Assembly: GCA_902595405.1 (NCBI GenBank)
Contig: CACJPX010000005.1
Location: forward strand, 14,452-78,451
Direction: 5' to 3'
DNA length: 64,000 nt
Source of the DNA: an uncultured Pelagibacteraceae bacterium
GTDB lineage: Bacteria > Pseudomonadota > Alphaproteobacteria > Pelagibacterales > Pelagibacteraceae
The notes under the pieces were generated by a model. That model ran no database searches. It was not told the origin of the DNA and was given only the letters and a program-made list of their open reading frames with translations. Both the position numbers and the translations under genes were made by a program. This document shows positions 19,176 to 30,649 of the stretch, in pieces. How positions within the stretch are numbered: position 1 is the first letter of the stretch; each line of letters opens with the position of its first letter.

Positions 19176-19894
19176 TAAATTATAATATTTAAATCTTCTA
19201 CTTTTTTTCTTATTTTTTTTAGGTCCTCCCATGAGAATTTCTTTTTATCTGGATACCTAATTAAATAAGATGGATTAAAAGTGATAATTACGGGAATTGT
19301 TTTGTTTCCAATTATGATTTCTTTCCAATTTCCTCTTTCGTTTGAGATTTGATTACCAAGACCCGTTACTGCCTCCATTGCAGTGGTACCCATCAATATC
19401 AAAATTTTAGGATCTATAATTGAAATATGTTCTTTTAGAAAAATTGAATATCGCTTTATCTCTTGAGTAGTTGGCTTTCTATCATTAGGTGGTCTAAAAT
19501 TTATTGAGTAAGTAGAGTACACTTTCTCCCTTTTAATTTTAATTGCTAAAAGCATCTTATTTAAAAGCACGCCAACATCTCCACAAAATGTTTTAGCTTC
19601 CAAGTCTTCTTTTTCATCAGGAGCTTCTCCAATTAACATTATAGGACTATTTATGTCACCATCTCCCATAACTAGATTTTTAGAATTATTTCTTAAATTA
19701 CAATCTTCAATTGAATTGATTTTTTTCTTTAAACTTAATATTCTCTCTTCTTTCCCTTTTTTATTTTGAACGCTATTTTCTTTTACAATTTTAAGTCTAT
19801 TTATTGGCTTATTACTAAATTCAAATTTTGGCTCTACTTTATCTAAAAATCTTTGATCATATTTGGCATTTTGATTTAACATCTTTTTAGTCAT
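19175..19894 (-). CDS. Uracil-DNA glycosylase family 4-like protein
   Basis: IGEAP, FRPPNDRKPT, WEDL; some motifs degenerate. Confidence 0.85.
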   Translation of the reverse strand: MTKKMLNQNAKYDQRFLDKVEPKFEFSNKPINRLKIVKENSVQNKKGKEERILSLKKKINSIEDCNLRNNSKNLVMGDGDINSPIMLIGEAPDEKEDLEAKTFCGDVGVLLNKMLLAIKIKREKVYSTYSINFRPPNDRKPTTQEIKRYSIFLKEHISIIDPKILILMGTTAMEAVTGLGNQISNERGNWKEIIIGNKTIPVIITFNPSYLIRYPDKKKFSWEDLKKIRKKVEDLNIII

Positions 19895-19905
19895 AAAGTG
19901 CAATT

Positions 19906-21576
19906 ATGTTTGTCAAAAATTTAAAATTTTTATTGATATTATTTTTACTTTATCAAAATCCCTTGCATTCTAAAAGTGCTAGTTTTGATGATTTTGACTC
20001 CAGAAACTTATCAAAATATTTTTCTGGAATTGTAGCATTTGAAAATAAAAATAACTCAAAAGCGTTAAATTTTTTTAATACTTCCAAAATTTTATTAAAT
20101 AAACATGAGCCTTATTTAAAGAGATATGTTTACTCTCTAGTCTTAGAAAATAAAGTAAATCAAGCTATAAATATTGTTAAACAAAATAAAAATAAATCAG
20201 AATTTTTTGAAAAATACTTATTATTAACAATAGACAGTATAAGACGAGAGGATTTTTCAAAGGCATTGGATTACATATCTAAGTCTAAAAAATACATTAA
20301 ACTTAACCGATTTAACTCGGCAATTTTAGATAATTTGAGAGACTACATTTTTGTATTCAAAGAAAAAAAATTGCCCAATGATATACAAAATTACGGAAAT
20401 CTATCAATAATTTCAACAACCTTTCAAAGGTGTTATTTAGGAGATGCAAAAACCAAAACTTTTTTCTCTAAGCTGGTTGGTAATGACGATGCAGATTTAA
20501 CTAGGTACACTTTTTTTTACTTAGCATATTTAATTGAAAATAACCAAATAGAGGAAGCAAAAAAAATAACTGATAACATTAAATTTATCAATACTTCTTT
20601 ACTTTTGTCTCAAGGAAAAAGTTGGATTGAAAAAGGCAATGAAAGAAAAATGAACTCCATTTTTTCATGCAAAAACCATAATGACTTAATAAGTGAATTT
20701 TTGTTTTTAATATCTAATTTACATTCTGCTCAAGACGATTTTATAAATTCTAACTTTTATTCATATTTATCTAATTATTTAAATCCAAAATTTCATTATA
20801 ATTTATCATTAGTCGCTGAAAATCTATATTCAAATGAGGAATTTGATCGAGTTAAAAAAATTTTACAAGAATTTGAAAAAGAAGATGATTTCTATTATTG
20901 GTATAGATTAAAAAAAGAGGCTCAAATTATCTCAAAAGAAAGTAGCACAAAAGATTCATTAAAATTTATTAAGTCTAATTTTGAAAAAATTCAAAAACCA
21001 AATGAAAAAATCTTATTTGATATTGCTAATTTTTATAAAAATGCGAAAGAGTACGAACAAGCTATAAAATATTACACATTAATTCTAGGAGTAGTCAACG
21101 ATGATTTAGAAATTAAATCAGATCTGTTTTATAGAAGAGGAGCGAGCAATGAACGAATGGGAAATTATGAAGAAGCAGATAGAGACATGCTTTCTTCTTT
21201 AGAAATTGATCCTGATGATGCTTATGTTCTTAATTATTTAGCATACTCTTGGTTGGAGAGAGATTACAAAATTGAGGAGGCAATGGAAATGTTAGAGAAA
21301 GCATATTCTTTAACTGAGAATGATCCATATATAATAGACTCAATTGGTTGGGCTTATTATTTAACAAAAGACTACATAAAAGCAGAAACATATTTAAAAA
21401 GAGCTGTAGAATTAATGCCAGATGATGCGATAGTAAATGATCACTATGGAGATATTCTATGGATGTTGGGTAGAAAAATTCAAGCAAGGTATTTTTGGAA
21501 AAGTATATTTAAAATGGAGGATGTAGATGAGGAATTATTACAAAAAATTAATTCAAAAATAATTAAAGGACTCTAA
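19906..21576 (+). CDS. Exported TPR-repeat protein
   Basis: Signal peptide; LNYLAYSW, IIDSIGWAYY, NDHYGDILW; upstream of ispE. Confidence 0.88.
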   Translation: MFVKNLKFLLILFLLYQNPLHSKSASFDDFDSRNLSKYFSGIVAFENKNNSKALNFFNTSKILLNKHEPYLKRYVYSLVLENKVNQAINIVKQNKNKSEFFEKYLLLTIDSIRREDFSKALDYISKSKKYIKLNRFNSAILDNLRDYIFVFKEKKLPNDIQNYGNLSIISTTFQRCYLGDAKTKTFFSKLVGNDDADLTRYTFFYLAYLIENNQIEEAKKITDNIKFINTSLLLSQGKSWIEKGNERKMNSIFSCKNHNDLISEFLFLISNLHSAQDDFINSNFYSYLSNYLNPKFHYNLSLVAENLYSNEEFDRVKKILQEFEKEDDFYYWYRLKKEAQIISKESSTKDSLKFIKSNFEKIQKPNEKILFDIANFYKNAKEYEQAIKYYTLILGVVNDDLEIKSDLFYRRGASNERMGNYEEADRDMLSSLEIDPDDAYVLNYLAYSWLERDYKIEEAMEMLEKAYSLTENDPYIIDSIGWAYYLTKDYIKAETYLKRAVELMPDDAIVNDHYGDILWMLGRKIQARYFWKSIFKMEDVDEELLQKINSKIIKGL

Positions 21577-21577
21577 G

Positions 21578-22423
21578 ATGGGTTATTCTAGGATAAAGTC
21601 ATTTGCTAAAATTAATTTAGCTCTTAACGTTACTGGAAAAAACTCAAGACTACACAAGATTGAGAGTATCGTAGGTTTTGTCTCGTTATACGATGTTATT
21701 CTTATTAAAGAAATTCAATCTAAAAAACATATTATTTCATTTAATGGAAAATATTCAAAAAATATTCACAAGAAAAATACAATTTCAAAGTTGTTAAATA
21801 TTCTAGAGAAAAAAAAATTAATTACAGGTCACAAGTTTGAGATAAAAGTTAACAAACATATTCCATCAAAATCTGGATTAGGAGGTGGATCAATGAATGC
21901 GGCAAATATATTAAAATATTTGATTAAGAAAAAGTTTATTAATCCCAGCAGAGGACAATTAAGTTCAATTTGTAAATCAGTAGGTTCAGATGTAGCTCTG
22001 GGTTTTAATTCCACTTTTACAATTCTTAAATCTAATAATCAGATAAAAGAGTTTAAAAACTGCAAAAAACTTTATGCACTTATTGTTAAACCTAGTTTTG
22101 GGTGTTCGACAAAAGATATATATTCGAGTGTAAAAAAATTCACAAAACCCAGATTTAATAAACCCTCTAGGAAAATGTTTAGCTTTGATAATTTGAAAAA
22201 ACTCAATAATTCTCTTGAAGTAATTTCTCTATCTAAGTTTCCCAAATTAAAAAATATCAAAAATTTTCTTGAAAAATCCTCAAATAAGAGTTTTGTAAGA
22301 ATGACAGGATCAGGTTCTGCAATTGTCGCATATTTTAAATCTAAAAAATTATGTGATGATGTTAAAAAAAAATTTAGTAGAAAATATAAAAATTGCTGGT
22401 GTAAAGTTGCAAAAACTATATAA
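21578..22423 (+). CDS. ispE: 4-diphosphocytidyl-2C-methyl-D-erythritol kinase
   Basis: AKINLAL, IP..SGLGGGS, GSDV, RMTGSGS. Confidence 0.94.
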   Translation: MGYSRIKSFAKINLALNVTGKNSRLHKIESIVGFVSLYDVILIKEIQSKKHIISFNGKYSKNIHKKNTISKLLNILEKKKLITGHKFEIKVNKHIPSKSGLGGGSMNAANILKYLIKKKFINPSRGQLSSICKSVGSDVALGFNSTFTILKSNNQIKEFKNCKKLYALIVKPSFGCSTKDIYSSVKKFTKPRFNKPSRKMFSFDNLKKLNNSLEVISLSKFPKLKNIKNFLEKSSNKSFVRMTGSGSAIVAYFKSKKLCDDVKKKFSRKYKNCWCKVAKTI

Positions 22424-22454
22424 ATTCTTTTTTTTGTGTTATACGAAATTAGAT

Positions 22455-22528
22455 TGGGGCGTAGCCAAGCGGTAAGGCACGGGTTTTTGGTACCTGCATC
22501 CTAGGTTCGAATCCTAGCGCCCCAGCCA
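22455..22528 (+). tRNA. tRNA-Gln(TTG)
   Basis: Acceptor TGGGGCG/CGCCCCA, anticodon loop TT-TTG-GT, TTCGAAT T-loop, encoded CCA. Confidence 0.96.
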
Positions 22529-22531
22529 AAT

Positions 22532-23806
22532 ATGAAAAACTTTTTAAATAAAATTTTCTCGAGCTCAAAAAACCTTTACTCATTTAAGAATAATATCAAA
22601 AAACTTTCATTAACAACACCTGTGAAAAAAATTTTTGCGGCTATAAATTCTCACTCATCTGAAAGTGAGATTAGGTACGTGGGAGGTTGTTTAAGAAAAA
22701 TATTAAATAATGAAAAAGTTGACGATATAGATTTAGCAACAAATTTAAATCCTTTAGAAGTCACTGAAATCTTAAAAAAAAATAATATTTATTTTTATGA
22801 GTCAGGAATTGAGCATGGAACAATTACAGCAATCATAGATGATCATAAGTATGAGATAACATCTCTAAGAGAAGATATTTTTACAGATGGCAGACATGCT
22901 AAAGTAAAATTCTCAAAAGATTGGAAAAAAGATGCTGCAAGAAGGGATTTTACTATTAACTCTATTTATGCAGATTTGGATGGAAATTTATTCGATCCTT
23001 ATAATGGAAAAAAAGATATTGAAATAGGTCAGGTTAGCTTTATTGGCAACCCTGAAAAAAGAATTAAAGAGGATTATCTAAGGATATTAAGATACTTAAG
23101 ATTTTTTTTAAATTACTCAAAGCAACCTCACAAAGAGGAAATAATTAAACTAATAAAAATCAATATAAGTGGTATTTCTATTATATCTAAAGAGAGACTA
23201 TTAGATGAGTTAAAAAAATTATTAAAATCAAATAAATTAGAAAATTTATCAAAAGATAAATTCAGCATCGACCTAATATTGTTAATTTTTCCAGAGCTAA
23301 AGAATATCAAAAGTATTATTGATGCAATCAAAGTAAAGAGAGAACTATTTGTTGATCTGGATTTTATGTTTACTTTATTTTTAATGATAATAGATGAAAC
23401 AGACAATTTAGAATATTTCTTGTACAAATATAATATTTCAAAAAAAGATCAAAAAAGAGCTTATGCTATTAGTAACTTTTATAATGAAAAGAATGGGTCA
23501 AAAACTTTAAATGAAGTGAACTTAAATAAAGTTTTATATTATGATGGAAAGCAAGCAGTTTTAGATATTATAAATTTTAAGATTATAAAAACAAAGAAAT
23601 TAGATAAGAAATTGTTGAGCTTACTAGAATTATATAAAAATAAGATTACGCCAAGTTTGCCTGTTGGAGCTAATTTATTAATGACTAGATACAAAATACC
23701 AGAGGGAAGACAGTTGGGGAGTATGCTGAAATTGATCGAAGAGGAGTGGATCAGGAATAATTTCAAAATTTCTGACAAACAAATCGATAGTATTATAAAG
23801 GGTTAA
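22532..23806 (+). CDS. cca: CCA tRNA nucleotidyltransferase
   Basis: [27 protein letters not shown]. Confidence 0.92.
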   Translation: MKNFLNKIFSSSKNLYSFKNNIKKLSLTTPVKKIFAAINSHSSESEIRYVGGCLRKILNNEKVDDIDLATNLNPLEVTEILKKNNIYFYESGIEHGTITAIIDDHKYEITSLREDIFTDGRHAKVKFSKDWKKDAARRDFTINSIYADLDGNLFDPYNGKKDIEIGQVSFIGNPEKRIKEDYLRILRYLRFFLNYSKQPHKEEIIKLIKINISGISIISKERLLDELKKLLKSNKLENLSKDKFSIDLILLIFPELKNIKSIIDAIKVKRELFVDLDFMFTLFLMIIDETDNLEYFLYKYNISKKDQKRAYAISNFYNEKNGSKTLNEVNLNKVLYYDGKQAVLDIINFKIIKTKKLDKKLLSLLELYKNKITPSLPVGANLLMTRYKIPEGRQLGSMLKLIEEEWIRNNFKISDKQIDSIIKG

Positions 23807-24279
23807 AGATATTTGACGTCTTTAATTTCAAAGTTTTTTACTCCAGCAGGAGTATTTATTTCTACAAGATCATTTTTATTTTTTCCAATAAGACCTTTAC
23901 CTATTGGTGATTGAAAATATAACAGTTTTTTTTTTAAATCTGCTTCATCTTTTCCAACTATTTTATAATCTATCTTTTCACCGGTATCTAAATTTTCCAA
24001 AAATACTGTGGCACCAAAAATTACTTTACCGTCATTGTTTATTTTAGTAACATCAATGACATTTGCTCTTGCAATAATATCATTTATTTCTGTTATCCTA
24101 CCCTCGTTGTGAGACTGCTCTTCTTTTGCTGCATGATACTCAGCGTTTTCTTTTAAATCTCCGTGTGATCTTGCTTCAGCAATTGCGGCAACTATTTCTG
24201 GTCTTTTTTTTTCTTTTAAAAAAATTAATTCTTCTTTTAGTTTATTTAAGCCATTCAAGGTAATTGGTTCTTTATCCAT
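23803..24279 (-). CDS. greA: Transcription elongation factor GreA
   Basis: [19 protein letters not shown]. Confidence 0.97.
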   Translation of the reverse strand: MDKEPITLNGLNKLKEELIFLKEKKRPEIVAAIAEARSHGDLKENAEYHAAKEEQSHNEGRITEINDIIARANVIDVTKINNDGKVIFGATVFLENLDTGEKIDYKIVGKDEADLKKKLLYFQSPIGKGLIGKNKNDLVEINTPAGVKNFEIKDVKYL

Positions 24280-24280
24280 A

Positions 24281-25108
24281 TCATTTCCATTTTGCATGAG
24301 GAGGTAATGACATTAATATTCCCTCAACATTACCACCTGTTTGTAATCCAAATTTTGTACCCCTGTCATATAGTAAATTGAATTCTGCATATCTTCCTCT
24401 TTTAATATATTGATTTTCTTTATCTTTAGAAGTCCATTTTTTTTTAATTTTTTTATTTATAATTTTTTGAAAAATAGTCTCAAAGGTAATACCAACATCT
24501 CTGACAAATTTGAAATTTTTTTCAAAATTGTTTTTTTTATAATCAAAAAAAATACCACCTATTCCACGGGGCTCTTTTCTATGAGGTAGATAAAAATATT
24601 CATCACACCATTTTTTATATTTTTTATAATAATTTTTGTCATGTCGATTACACATATCTCTAAGAGTTTTGTGAAACTGTTCTTTTTCTTTAATATCTTT
24701 TTTTGATGGAGTAACATCAATACCTCCACCGAACCAATCAAAAGTCGTGCAAATATATCTAGTATTAAAATGCATCGCAGGAATTAAAGGATTTTTCATA
24801 TGCATCACAACAGATATCCCTGATGCCCAGAACCTAGGATCTTTTTGAGCGCCAGGTATATTTTGTTGAAATTTTTTTGGAAATTTTCCATAAACTTTTG
24901 AAAAATTAACACCTACTTTATCAAAAATTTTTCCATCTTTTAAGATTCTATATTCACCACCACCTTCATCTTTTTTTAAATTTCTCTTCCATGAAGTCGA
25001 CTTAAAACTGATCTTGTTTTTTTCAAAATCACTAATAGTTTTGCAGAACATTTCCTGCAGAGATTTAAACCAATTACTTGTCAATTTTTGTTTTATTTCT
25101 AGATCCAT
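24281..25108 (-). CDS. hemF: Oxygen-dependent coproporphyrinogen III oxidase
   Basis: [39 protein letters not shown]. Confidence 0.96.
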   Translation of the reverse strand: MDLEIKQKLTSNWFKSLQEMFCKTISDFEKNKISFKSTSWKRNLKKDEGGGEYRILKDGKIFDKVGVNFSKVYGKFPKKFQQNIPGAQKDPRFWASGISVVMHMKNPLIPAMHFNTRYICTTFDWFGGGIDVTPSKKDIKEKEQFHKTLRDMCNRHDKNYYKKYKKWCDEYFYLPHRKEPRGIGGIFFDYKKNNFEKNFKFVRDVGITFETIFQKIINKKIKKKWTSKDKENQYIKRGRYAEFNLLYDRGTKFGLQTGGNVEGILMSLPPHAKWK

Positions 25109-25582
25109 TTAAATTAATTTATTTTGTTTTAAACACTCGGCCAATATTATAGCAACAGAAGAAGAAATATTTAAAGAACGCTTATTATTTCGCATCGGAA
25201 TTTTTAACCTATTATTTATCATTTTATGCACAAATTCAGGCACTCCCGCACTTTCTCTTCCAAATAAAATTGTATCATTTTTTTTAAACTTAAATTCTGT
25301 ATATGGGCTAGAGGCTTTTGTAGTCATAAGTATAATTCTTTGATCCTGTTTCTCATCAAAAAATTGATCAGAGCTTTTATAATATCTAATTTCTTTTTCA
25401 TCCATATAATCCATCACAACTCTTTTAAATCTCTTATCGTTTAATAAAAATCCACAAGGCTCTATTATTTCTAATTTCGCCCCCAAACAGGCGCAAGTTC
25501 TTATGATCGCAGCAGTATTTTGAGGGATATCAGGTTCAAATAGTGCAATTTTTGGCCCATCATTAATTAGATTATGTGTCAT
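25109..25582 (-). CDS. trmL: tRNA (cytidine/uridine-34 2'-O)-methyltransferase
   Basis: EPDIPQNT, FGRESAG, RSLN SPOUT motifs. Confidence 0.92.
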   Translation of the reverse strand: MTHNLINDGPKIALFEPDIPQNTAAIIRTCACLGAKLEIIEPCGFLLNDKRFKRVVMDYMDEKEIRYYKSSDQFFDEKQDQRIILMTTKASSPYTEFKFKKNDTILFGRESAGVPEFVHKMINNRLKIPMRNNKRSLNISSSVAIILAECLKQNKLI

Positions 25583-25673
25583 TCTATCAGTAGAAAAATA
25601 ATACTTTTTTATTATATGTAATCATATATTAACTACCTAAATCAACATATAGAATTATAAGAACCTATAAACA

Positions 25674-26180
25674 GTGGAAAAGAAAACTAAAAGAAGAGAT
25701 TTTTTATTTACAGCTACATATGCGGTTGGAGCAGTTGGGGCGGGTGCAGTAATTTGGCCTATGATAGATCAAATGAACCCAGATGCTTCTGTAAAAGCGT
25801 TAGCAAGCACTGAGGTTGATGTGAGCGCAGTCAATCCAGGAAAAACCATAACTGTGTTATGGAGAGGAAAGCCAGTTTTTATTAGAAGAAGAACTCAAGA
25901 GGAAATAGCTGAAGCCAAATCTGTTAAGTTGGAAGATTTAAAGCATCCTGAAAAAGATGAAGATCGTGCCAAAAATCCAGAGTGGCTTGTTATGCTTGGA
26001 GTATGCACACACTTAGGTTGTGTACCTTTGGATCAAAAAGGTGATTACAATGGATGGTTCTGCCCATGTCATGGTTCTCATTACGATACTTCTGGAAGAA
26101 TTAGAAAAGGTCCAGCTCCAACAAATATGGAAATTCCAGAATACAAATTTGTTAATGCTAACACAATTAAGATTGGATAA
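25674..26180 (+). CDS. petA: Rieske iron-sulfur subunit of cytochrome bc1
   Basis: GTG start, Tat RRDFL, CTHLGC, CPCHGS. Confidence 0.97.
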   Translation: MEKKTKRRDFLFTATYAVGAVGAGAVIWPMIDQMNPDASVKALASTEVDVSAVNPGKTITVLWRGKPVFIRRRTQEEIAEAKSVKLEDLKHPEKDEDRAKNPEWLVMLGVCTHLGCVPLDQKGDYNGWFCPCHGSHYDTSGRIRKGPAPTNMEIPEYKFVNANTIKIG

Positions 26181-26186
26181 TTTTTT

Positions 26187-27452
26187 ATGAGTGAACACGA
26201 ATACACACCAAAATCAAAAGTTGGAAAATGGTTTAACGACAGATTACCTCTTTTAACTTTAGCAAATCATTTAACCGATTATCCAACACCAAAAAATTTA
26301 AATTATTGGTGGACTTTTGGTGGAATTCTTACTTTTTGTTTGATTACTCAAATTGTAACCGGATTAGTTTTAGCAATGCACTATATTGCGCATGCTGATA
26401 TGGCGTTCCAAAGTGTCGAACACATAATGAGAGATGTGAATTATGGATGGTTAATAAGATATATACATGCAAACGGTGCTTCAATGTTTTTCTTAGCAGT
26501 ATATATTCATATTTTTAGATCTTTATTTTATGGCTCTTATAAATCACCTAGAGAAGTTATATGGATTATTGGAATAATAATTTATCTGCTCATGATGGCA
26601 GCAGCTTTCCTCGGCTATGTTTTACCATGGGGACAAATGAGCTTTTGGGGAGCTACAGTTATTACAAATTTATTTAGTGCAATTCCTTTGGTAGGCGAAG
26701 GAATAGTAACATGGTTATGGGGAGGGTATTCGGTTGATAACCCAACACTTACAAGATTTTTCACTTTACACTACTTAATTCCTTTTTTAATTTTAGGTTT
26801 AGTTGTCTTACATATTTGGGCTCTTCATGTGCCAGGAAATAATAATCCAATTGGAATTGATATAAAAAAACCTTCAAAAGACACAGTCCCATTTCACCCT
26901 TACATAGTTATCAAGGATGGTTTTGCATTGTTGATGTTTATGATTGTTTTCGCTTTTTTTGTTTTCTATACACCAAATATTTTAGGTCATGCTGATAATT
27001 ATATTGAAGCAAATCCTCTTGTAACACCAGCTCATATTGTTCCTGAATGGTATCTGTTACCTTTTTATGCAATTCTGAGATCAGTTCCGGATAAACTTCT
27101 AGGTGTTATAGCGATGTTGTCTGCTATTTTAATATTAGCCGCACTTCCTTGGTTAGATACTTCAAAAATTAGATCCGCAGTCTTCAGACCTTTATATAAG
27201 CAGTTCTATTGGATCTTAGTGGCTGATGTTTTAATTTTAGGATATGTCGGAGCTATGCCAGCTGAAGGTCTTTACTTATTAATTGCTAGGATTGCAACAG
27301 CATACTACTTCCTTCATTTTTTAGTTATACTGCCAGTTTTAGGATTCAAAGAGAGGACCACACCTGTTCCTTTGAGTATTACCGAACCAATTTTGGGTGG
27401 ATCACCTAATCTTGCAGCGGTGAAAAAAAAGGATAGTTTTAAAGATCAGTGA
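26187..27452 (+). CDS. petB: Cytochrome b
   Basis: [19 protein letters not shown]. Confidence 0.98.
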   Translation: MSEHEYTPKSKVGKWFNDRLPLLTLANHLTDYPTPKNLNYWWTFGGILTFCLITQIVTGLVLAMHYIAHADMAFQSVEHIMRDVNYGWLIRYIHANGASMFFLAVYIHIFRSLFYGSYKSPREVIWIIGIIIYLLMMAAAFLGYVLPWGQMSFWGATVITNLFSAIPLVGEGIVTWLWGGYSVDNPTLTRFFTLHYLIPFLILGLVVLHIWALHVPGNNNPIGIDIKKPSKDTVPFHPYIVIKDGFALLMFMIVFAFFVFYTPNILGHADNYIEANPLVTPAHIVPEWYLLPFYAILRSVPDKLLGVIAMLSAILILAALPWLDTSKIRSAVFRPLYKQFYWILVADVLILGYVGAMPAEGLYLLIARIATAYYFLHFLVILPVLGFKERTTPVPLSITEPILGGSPNLAAVKKKDSFKDQ

Positions 27453-28228
27453 AAAATTTTTTTAGAATATCGTTTTTAATAGCTTTATTTTTTGGATTTC
27501 AATTTAACTCTAATGCAGCTGAGAAAGTTGAATATTTAAAAACTGATTGGAGTTTTAAGGGTCCCTTCGGAAAGTTTGACAGAGCTGCACTTCAAAGGGG
27601 ATATCAAGTTTATCAAGAAGTTTGTTCTTCTTGCCATTCTATGAAATATCTAAGTTATAGAAATTTAGTGGAAGAGGGTGGGCCTGAATTTTCAGTAGAA
27701 CAAGCAAAAGCCATTGCAGCATCTTTTGAGGTAAAAGATGGACCAAATGCAGATGGTGAAATGTTTATGAGACCAGGAAGGTTGTCGGATAAATTTGTGA
27801 TGCCTTACGAAAATGAAAAGGCTGCTCAAGCTGCAAACGGTGGAGCATACCCTCCTGATATGACTGTTTTAGTAAAAGCGAGAGGTGGTGGAGTTGATTA
27901 CATCTATTCACTTCTTCAAGGATATGAAGATCCACCAGCTGGAGTGACTTTAGATGATGGTGTTTACTATAATAAATACATGTATGGAAATAAGATTAAA
28001 ATGTCCAATCAACTTTCTGATGGTTTAGTAGAATACTCAGATGGTACTAATGCTTCTGTAGAACAAATGGCAAAAGATGTTACAACTTTTTTAATGTGGA
28101 CTGCAGAACCTCATTTAGAAACACGTCATAAAATGGGTTTTAAAGCAATAGTTTATTTAATTATATTAACAGTTTTAGTTTATTTTAGTATGAAGAGAAT
28201 CTGGTCACGTATTGAAACGAAAGTTTAA
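27449..28228 (+). CDS. petC: Cytochrome c1
   Basis: CSSCH heme motif, PPD, C-terminal TM. Confidence 0.96.
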   Translation: MKNFFRISFLIALFFGFQFNSNAAEKVEYLKTDWSFKGPFGKFDRAALQRGYQVYQEVCSSCHSMKYLSYRNLVEEGGPEFSVEQAKAIAASFEVKDGPNADGEMFMRPGRLSDKFVMPYENEKAAQAANGGAYPPDMTVLVKARGGGVDYIYSLLQGYEDPPAGVTLDDGVYYNKYMYGNKIKMSNQLSDGLVEYSDGTNASVEQMAKDVTTFLMWTAEPHLETRHKMGFKAIVYLIILTVLVYFSMKRIWSRIETKV

Positions 28229-29278
28229 AACGTCACCGTCTTTAACAATATAGTCTTTACCTTCTAATCTCATTTTTCCATTTGTTTTAGAATTTACCCA
28301 TCCATCATTTTCAACAAAATCATTATAAGAAATAGTCTCAGCTCTAATAAATCCTTTTTCAAAATCAGTATGTATTTCACCAGCAGCTTTTGGAGCTAAA
28401 CAATTTTTCTGAATAGTCCAGGCTCTTGTTTCCTCAGGACCTGAGGTAAAAAAAGTGTCTAATTCTAAAATCTTATAACCTTTTTGTATCAACATATCCA
28501 ATCCAGTGTCCTTTAAACCAATCATTTCCATGTAGTTTTTTCTTTCTTCACTATCTAACTCATTGATTTGATTTTCAATATCTGCCGATACAATCAAAGT
28601 GTTTTCTAAACCAAATTTTTCTAAGAATGATTTAGTGTAACCGTTTCCATTTTGAACACTTTTCTCATCAACGTTACAAACAAATATTTTAGGCTTCAAA
28701 GACAATAAACCACTTAAATTTAGCTGTTTTTTGGTAAATTCAGATTTTAAACTTGCTAAATCTTGATCATTATTAATTAAGTCTAAACAACTTTGAAGAA
28801 TTTTAATTTGATCCTCATCAATATTTTTTTTGTTATTTTTCTCAAGTCTTTTTTGAATGGACTCTAAATCTGCAAGCTTCATTTCTGTTTCAATTATTTC
28901 AAGATCTCTAACAGGGTCAACTGTAGGATTTACATTTTGAATATCACTAGAGTCAAAACATCTAATCATATGTATTACAGCGTCTACTTCTCTGATATGA
29001 GACAAAAATTTATTTCCCAAACCTTCACCTTTAGATGCACCCTTTACTAGTCCAGCTATATCAACAAAAGAAATAGTAGTAGGTATAATCTTTTTTGATT
29101 TAGAAATTTTGGCTAAATTTTCTAATCGATAATCAGGCACACTAACTACACCAATATTTGGATCAATTGTACAGAATGGAAAGTTAGCTGCTTGAGCTTT
29201 ATTTGAATTGGTTAATGCATTGAAGAGAGTAGACTTACCTACGTTAGGCAAACCAACGATCCCACACTTGAAACTCAT
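28205..29278 (-). CDS. ychF: Redox-regulated ATPase YchF
   Basis: GLPNVGKSTLFN, DIAGLV.GAS.GEGLGN, HTDFEKGFIRAE. Confidence 0.97.
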   Translation of the reverse strand: MSFKCGIVGLPNVGKSTLFNALTNSNKAQAANFPFCTIDPNIGVVSVPDYRLENLAKISKSKKIIPTTISFVDIAGLVKGASKGEGLGNKFLSHIREVDAVIHMIRCFDSSDIQNVNPTVDPVRDLEIIETEMKLADLESIQKRLEKNNKKNIDEDQIKILQSCLDLINNDQDLASLKSEFTKKQLNLSGLLSLKPKIFVCNVDEKSVQNGNGYTKSFLEKFGLENTLIVSADIENQINELDSEERKNYMEMIGLKDTGLDMLIQKGYKILELDTFFTSGPEETRAWTIQKNCLAPKAAGEIHTDFEKGFIRAETISYNDFVENDGWVNSKTNGKMRLEGKDYIVKDGDVLNFRFNT

Positions 29279-29838
29279 TATTTATTATTTACTGTACTAG
29301 AAAAAAGATCTAATTTTTTTTCAACAAGAAAAGAAATTGAGTCATTTATATGGTTTGATATTTTTTCAATACCTAATGACTCATCTTCGTCAAAATTTTG
29401 TAAAACGTAATCTGCAACTTCGATGTTTCCTTTGGGTTTACCAATACCTATTCTCACTCTAGAATAATCTTTGCCAATAAACTTATCAATCGAGGCAATT
29501 CCATTGTGTCCTGCGCTTGATCCTCCAAACTTAGCTTTGATTTTTCCAAATTCCACATCTAGATCATCATGAAAAACTATTACATCTTGAGCATCAATTT
29601 TAAAATACTCAATAAGCTCTCTAATACAAATTCCTGAATTATTCATAAATGTCAAAGGTTTGATGGCATAAACTTTAACATTTCCTATATTGCCAGTAGT
29701 TAACAGGCCTTTAAATTTTGGTTTTTGTTTTGATAAACTAAATTTTTTGTTTATTGCGTCTATAATTTTAAACCCAACATTATGTCGATTATTTTCGCTG
29801 TCTGGTGTTGGATTACCCAATCCTACAAATAAAAGCAT
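29278..29838 (-). CDS. pth: Peptidyl-tRNA hydrolase
   Basis: GLGNP, RHNVGF, MNNSG, HDDLD, GHNG. Confidence 0.97.
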   Translation of the reverse strand: MLLFVGLGNPTPDSENNRHNVGFKIIDAINKKFSLSKQKPKFKGLLTTGNIGNVKVYAIKPLTFMNNSGICIRELIEYFKIDAQDVIVFHDDLDVEFGKIKAKFGGSSAGHNGIASIDKFIGKDYSRVRIGIGKPKGNIEVADYVLQNFDEDESLGIEKISNHINDSISFLVEKKLDLFSSTVNNK

Positions 29839-29868
29839 GATCTATTGATTAATTTTCAATTTAGTTGA

Positions 29869-30606
29869 TTATTTTTTTTCTTCAGGAGGTTTTTTGTCAG
29901 CAGGTTTTTTATCATCACCCTCTTTTTTATCTCCTTTATCACCCTCAGGGGCAGCTTTATCCCCATCGGCCGCTGCAGCAGTTGCACCCTCTGCACCTTC
30001 TTCACCCTCTGCAGCTTCTGCTTCAGCAGGTTTTTCAGGTTCTTTCATAACTGTTGGAGCTGCTAATGTTGCTATTACAAAATCTCTTCCTTGAATCGTT
30101 GGAACAACTTCTGGATCTAATTTAACTGAAGAGATTTTAAAACTCTCACCAATATCAACACCATCTAAGTCTAAGGTTAAATTTTCAGGTATCTTCTCAC
30201 TGGGACATTTTAATTCTACTTTTCTTCTAACAATGTTTAGCACCCCACCTTTTTTGAGACCGGGAGATTTTTCGTGATTAATAAAATTTACCGGAATTTC
30301 TATTTTTATTTTTACACCTGGTAGCACTCTTAAAAAATCTACATGAATTGGTTCATCGGTTAAAATATGATATTTTATTTCTCTTGGTAATACATTTTGA
30401 TTACTACCATCTACCTTTAGAGTAATTATGTTTGAAAAGAAATTTTCTTTTTCAATAAAAGTTTTAAGTAATTTTTTAGAAATAGATATTTTTTGATTTT
30501 TATCTTTACCACCGTAGATAATAGCTGGAACATCTCCACTATTTCTTATAGCGTTTAACTGCCCTTTAGTGGAATTATCTCTAATGTTAGCTTCTATAGA
30601 ATTCAT
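29869..30606 (-). CDS. rplY: 50S ribosomal protein L25 (Ctc type)
   Basis: PAIIYG, HVDFLR, GLKKGG; acidic low-complexity tail. Confidence 0.95.
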   Translation of the reverse strand: MNSIEANIRDNSTKGQLNAIRNSGDVPAIIYGGKDKNQKISISKKLLKTFIEKENFFSNIITLKVDGSNQNVLPREIKYHILTDEPIHVDFLRVLPGVKIKIEIPVNFINHEKSPGLKKGGVLNIVRRKVELKCPSEKIPENLTLDLDGVDIGESFKISSVKLDPEVVPTIQGRDFVIATLAAPTVMKEPEKPAEAEAAEGEEGAEGATAAAADGDKAAPEGDKGDKKEGDDKKPADKKPPEEKK

Positions 30607-30649
30607 AAAACAGAGCTTTTTAACTCATGTTTACAAATAATCAAGAAAT

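Noticed and set aside
29865-30094. GC-richer repetitive segment with two plus-strand ORFs
   Set aside because: Explained by the Ala/Glu/Gly/Lys low-complexity tail of RplY on the minus strand
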